From contig SUPR01000021.1 in assembly GCA_005191425.1 (NCBI GenBank), positions 8,142 through 40,141 on the forward strand: a stretch of 32,000 nucleotides of DNA. Reading direction: 5' to 3'. The stretch comes from Candidatus Helarchaeota ASGARD archaeon Hel_GB_B. GTDB taxonomy: Archaea; Asgardarchaeota; Lokiarchaeia; Helarchaeales; HEL-GB-B. Numbering within the stretch: the first letter of the stretch is position 1; every line of letters begins with the position of its first letter. Both the position numbers and the translations under genes were made by a program. Of this stretch, positions 28,449-32,000 are shown piece by piece. The notes under the pieces were generated by a model, which did not search any database, had not been told where the DNA came from, and saw nothing but the letters and a program-made list of their open reading frames with translations.

Positions 28449-29318
28449 ATGATCAATGAAATTGATGAAAATTTACATGATTATCCTAAAAAAAAGAATT
28501 GGCGTGAAAGCTATTATTATAATTTTATGGACGAAAAAAACAATATCTTCGGAGTTTGTACATACGGCATAATGCCCAATGAAATGGAAGCACATTATTT
28601 AGTTTCTATTTGGATAAATAATAAATTATTATTTTTTCCAGAGCACCGAAAAATTAGTGATTTTACATTAAATCCATTCCAAGAAATGAAAATGGAATTT
28701 AAAAAACCATTGAAAGAAATAGTAATGGATTATTCTAATCAAAAGAGAAAATTTAAATTAGAATTTATTTTTAAGGGACGATCTCCCATTTATAAATATA
28801 AAGGATGGAAATTCGAAGATATCTTGGAACAAGAACACTATGAGCAATCAGGTGAAATTATTGGAAAAATTACAGTTAAAGACATAGTATATAATTTTTC
28901 AGGACTTGGTCAACGTGACCATAGTTGGGGTGTACGCGATTGGGTTAATATCGACCATTGGTCATGGATTTCAGCTCAATTTTCGAATTGGATAATTAAT
29001 TGCTGGATAGTAGAAATACAAGGTAAAAAAAGATATGATGGGTTTATCTCGAAAAATGGTAAAATTATTGAATTAAGATCTGTTCAAATAAAAAATTTTA
29101 TGAAAAATGGCGATAAAGTCCCAGAATCATCGGAAATAACGATCGAAACATTAGAGAGCGATAAAATTATATTGAAGTCAAATAAAAAATACCATTTAAT
29201 ATTACCACAAACTTCTAAAGAAGGTTATGCAGAGATTTTTGAAACGATATCAGAATTTAAATCAAATTTATCCAATGAAAAGGGATATGGAGTAGTAGAA
29301 TACTTAAAAAAATTTTGA
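28449..29318 (+). CDS. AttH/CrtC/tocopherol-cyclase-like beta-barrel protein (DUF7064/7065-like)
   Basis: NWRESYYYNF, EHYEQSG and GQRDHSWGVRDW motifs. GGAGGT SD inside the upstream gene. Confidence 0.7.
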   Translation: MINEIDENLHDYPKKKNWRESYYYNFMDEKNNIFGVCTYGIMPNEMEAHYLVSIWINNKLLFFPEHRKISDFTLNPFQEMKMEFKKPLKEIVMDYSNQKRKFKLEFIFKGRSPIYKYKGWKFEDILEQEHYEQSGEIIGKITVKDIVYNFSGLGQRDHSWGVRDWVNIDHWSWISAQFSNWIINCWIVEIQGKKRYDGFISKNGKIIELRSVQIKNFMKNGDKVPESSEITIETLESDKIILKSNKKYHLILPQTSKEGYAEIFETISEFKSNLSNEKGYGVVEYLKKF

Positions 29319-29347
29319 AAAAAAAAAGTATTCATTGATGTTAGTTT

Positions 29348-30400
29348 TTAATTATAATCTTCCCATTCTCCATTATCGTTTAATATTTTAATTTTTATTG
29401 TCCCATCGCTGTAAAATTCAGCATAACTAGGATTTACATGTTGCCAAGCTCCAGTATTATATATTAAACGGTTATCTTCCTTTAAGATTTCTACTTTGTG
29501 AGTATGCCCGAAAATTATATGAGTTATTTCTGTATCGCCGAGAACTTCTTTTATTTTTGCTTCTGAATTTATTAATTGATCTCTATAATTATCAATATCT
29601 TTAAAATTGGTATAATATTTCATTATAACTTTTTTCTTCCTCGACTTTAATTTCAAATTAAATTTTTTCTCTAATATTTCTTGATTTTTTTCTAATTCGT
29701 CATCAAGATTTATTGGTTCATTTGTCTTTTCTCTTTTTAAGACTACATTCCACAAATAATTAAAAAATTCCTTAATGATATCGGGAGCTGACAAACAAAA
29801 ATCCCAAATAGAAGAAGCTAATTTGGTCTTTTCTGGGAAAAATTGATGTCCATGGGTTAATAATATGTGAAATTTTTTGCCCAAATTTTCTGTTTTTTGC
29901 AGCGTTATTGTATTAATTGGATTGCTATTAAATATATTTTTCTTATTATATATGGAAATTTCCCAACCCCTTGTATTATTATGGATATATAGGTACTGTC
30001 CAATTGTTAGTTCATTAAGAAATTTTGCATTTAAATTAATTTCCTTGAATTTTTTAATAAGTTTTCGTTTTTGTTTTAAAAATTTCTTATCAAGATTTCC
30101 TGAAACAGATATATCATGGTTTCCTAAGGTCAGAACAACCGCAACTCCATGGTTCAAAATTGCATCAATATCTTCTAGGATCTCTTTATAATCATGGGCA
30201 ATATCTTTATAACTATCGCAAACTAGATCAAAAATATCTCCGAGAATTATGAATGCTTTTAGATCATTCTTAAATCCTTCGTTATTATTTAAATCATCTA
30301 GAATTTTATGGATGAATTCTTGAATTAATTTTACTCTAGCACCTGAAGCTCCTAAATGTGTGTCTGACATTATTATTATCATTGGGTTTGAATTTTTCAT
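29348..30400 (-). CDS. Calcineurin-like metallophosphoesterase (LpxH-like family)
   Basis: SDTHLG, LGDIFD, GNHD, THGH, FGHTH and NTGAW motifs. Confidence 0.9.
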   Translation of the reverse strand: MKNSNPMIIIMSDTHLGASGARVKLIQEFIHKILDDLNNNEGFKNDLKAFIILGDIFDLVCDSYKDIAHDYKEILEDIDAILNHGVAVVLTLGNHDISVSGNLDKKFLKQKRKLIKKFKEINLNAKFLNELTIGQYLYIHNNTRGWEISIYNKKNIFNSNPINTITLQKTENLGKKFHILLTHGHQFFPEKTKLASSIWDFCLSAPDIIKEFFNYLWNVVLKREKTNEPINLDDELEKNQEILEKKFNLKLKSRKKKVIMKYYTNFKDIDNYRDQLINSEAKIKEVLGDTEITHIIFGHTHKVEILKEDNRLIYNTGAWQHVNPSYAEFYSDGTIKIKILNDNGEWEDYN

Positions 30401-30715
30401 CCACTACGCCAACTCTTAATTACTTTTTCTTTTTTTAAGTATTTTTTATTCAGAATCGTTAATCTTTTAATATAAATATTTTTAAACCATAAACCTTCCA
30501 TATCTTTGATTCTTTTTTATATGATTTTTAACAATGTCTTATTATATAAATCTCATCATATAAATTCCTTATGCTAATAATCACAAAATTATATTTTCAT
30601 TCTGATTTGAAAAAAAAAGGTTTATCTTAATAATAAGAATAAAATAATTTTAATCAAAAATTTTTTATATTATCTATTAAGAATGAAGTCTATATAAATA
30701 GAAGTGAATAAAAAG

Positions 30716-31039
30716 ATGCCAAAAAAGAAAACTACAAAATCCACTAAAAAAGGAAAAAGTACTACTCGACAGAAAAAGTCGACATCGGCTCCAAAAAAAT
30801 GGACTGTAAAAGCAGTGAGAACGGATCTAAAGCGACGGGATATACTAATTCCGGACGAACTTGAAGAAAATATTATTGCAGAGATACAAAAGATGAAATA
30901 TTTAACTGCTAATGAAATTGCAAAGAAGTATAACTTAAGAGTTTCTACTGCAAAAGAATTTTTAAAATTAATGTATGAAAAAAAGATGATTAAATTATAT
31001 TTAAGTTCAAGAAGACTTAAAATATATACTGCTTCTTAA
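30716..31039 (+). CDS. rps25e: 30S ribosomal protein S25e (eS25)
   Basis: Basic N-terminus, KKW, then KYLTANEIAKKYNLRVSTAKEFLKLMYEKKMIKLY...KIYT matching the eS25 winged helix. ATG 30716 (GTG 30704 is an alternative). Confidence 0.88.
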   Translation: MPKKKTTKSTKKGKSTTRQKKSTSAPKKWTVKAVRTDLKRRDILIPDELEENIIAEIQKMKYLTANEIAKKYNLRVSTAKEFLKLMYEKKMIKLYLSSRRLKIYTAS

Positions 31040-31446
31040 ATAACTTCAAAATTCCAGTCATTTAAAATTAAATCTTTTAAAATATTTTTTGAATCCTCTT
31101 CAAAAATTATTGAAAAAATTTTTCCAAGATGCTTACACAAGGTATATCTTTTTGAACACTTATGCATCCAATATAGGCAATTGTGTTTTATTACTTTTTT
31201 GTGGATATTAATTTCAATTATATAATTTTTTTCGATTATCCGATATTTCTTAATAATTGAATCTTGTTGAATAATACGGATATTTTTTGAAGGTATTTTT
31301 AATGCTTCTTCTAAATAATCCTCCTCCATAAAATATAATAGTAAATCTTTTATTGATTTATTTTTAAAAAATTCATTTTGCTCGGATGGATTTAATTTTC
31401 TAATTTCTTGAATTGATTTCAGGTTTATTACCTTTTTCTCAATCAA
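31036..31446 (-). CDS. SWIM-like zinc-finger protein
   Basis: YIIEINIHKKVIKHNCLYW-x8-CKH: beta strands followed by HxC...CxH. Confidence 0.65.
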   Translation of the reverse strand: MIEKKVINLKSIQEIRKLNPSEQNEFFKNKSIKDLLLYFMEEDYLEEALKIPSKNIRIIQQDSIIKKYRIIEKNYIIEINIHKKVIKHNCLYWMHKCSKRYTLCKHLGKIFSIIFEEDSKNILKDLILNDWNFEVI

Positions 31447-31449
31447 TAA

Positions 31450-31680
31450 TTAAATTGCTTGCCAGCTTTTGTTTGAGATTGTTTTTACTAATCCTTTTTC
31501 TTTTAGTTTGTTTAAAATTTGGACTACCTGATTTTGATTAACTTTATTTTTACAAATTCGTACTATAGCCCGAGGCCTATGAGGTTCAGTCTTTATTGCC
31601 GAAAGGACTAATTCTTCATATAAATTAAGAATATCTTCTTCATTGGTTTTCTTAATATTACTTTTTTTAACTTTACTCAA
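31450..31680 (-). CDS. Small winged-helix protein
   Basis: PHRPRAIVRI...VVQILNKLKEKGLV...W pattern. TTG start with an AGGAAGTG SD-like motif upstream. Confidence 0.7.
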   Translation of the reverse strand: MSKVKKSNIKKTNEEDILNLYEELVLSAIKTEPHRPRAIVRICKNKVNQNQVVQILNKLKEKGLVKTISNKSWQAI

Positions 31681-32000
31681 TTGAATTCACTTCCTTGATC
31701 TGTACACTTGATTTTTTGTAAAAAATTATAAGATAATTATAAATCGAAATATTTTCGAATCTTATAAAATTTTTTATTGATTGAGATGAATATAATATTA
31801 ACAAAAATTTTTAATTGATTATCAATATTATATTTGATCTTTAAAAAGTTGAATAGATTCTTTATTGATTCCCTTACAAAATCTATCACGTTCTTATATT
31901 TTTGATAAAAAATTCAAATTTCCATCAGTTTTCAATTTTGTTTTTGAATTTAAATGTTTTCATTTTCAAGTCATAACTTATAATTAATAAAAATGAATTT

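Noticed and set aside
28446-28451. In-frame TGA-ATG junction as selenocysteine or readthrough fusion
   Set aside because: A good SD precedes the second ATG, the TGA is not in a Cys-like catalytic context, and no SECIS-like hairpin was seen. Translational coupling explains it.
3231-30191. Nested or antisense ORFs (3231, 4282, 7118, 8988, 10261, 11575, 17131, 17736, 19911, 20842, 21748, 22872, 27232, 27481, 29877)
   Set aside because: Each lies wholly or almost wholly inside a longer, better-supported gene on the opposite strand and looks like a shadow ORF.
1-32000. CRISPR arrays, tRNA/rRNA genes, IS elements, integrases
   Set aside because: By eye I found no regularly spaced repeats, no GC-rich cloverleaf or rRNA-like tracts, and no transposase or recombinase motifs. 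A tool-based scan would be needed to exclude very short or degenerate cases.

Overview
Very AT-rich, gene-dense archaeal chromosome segment, most consistent with an Asgard archaeon (inference). Support: ribosomal protein eS25, three small GTPases of different types (intact Rab-like, Rag/Gtr-like with a C-terminal roadblock/longin-like domain, and a degenerate pseudo-Rab fusion), two membrane-anchored PCI-like winged-helix proteins, and AGGTG(A) Shine-Dalgarno motifs. Housekeeping content includes an extended SDR, an MFS sugar transporter, an MgtE/SLC41-type Mg2+ transporter, M42 and M28 peptidases, two ferredoxins, a GHMP kinase, a VOC protein, a metallophosphoesterase and an orphan beta-class DNA methyltransferase. 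The ORF track truncates two genes (true 5' ends near 13837 and 20442), which appear to use non-ATG/GTG/TTG starts. Best candidates for something new: a very AT-rich four-gene ParA/MinD-centred module (1580-5753), a wHTH + tandem B-box-like zinc-finger protein (13837-14808), the pseudo-Rab fusion, the Rag-like GTPase, and a structured leader upstream of mgtE. I saw no rRNA, tRNA, CRISPR array, transposase or integrase. All family assignments come from motif reading, not database searches.
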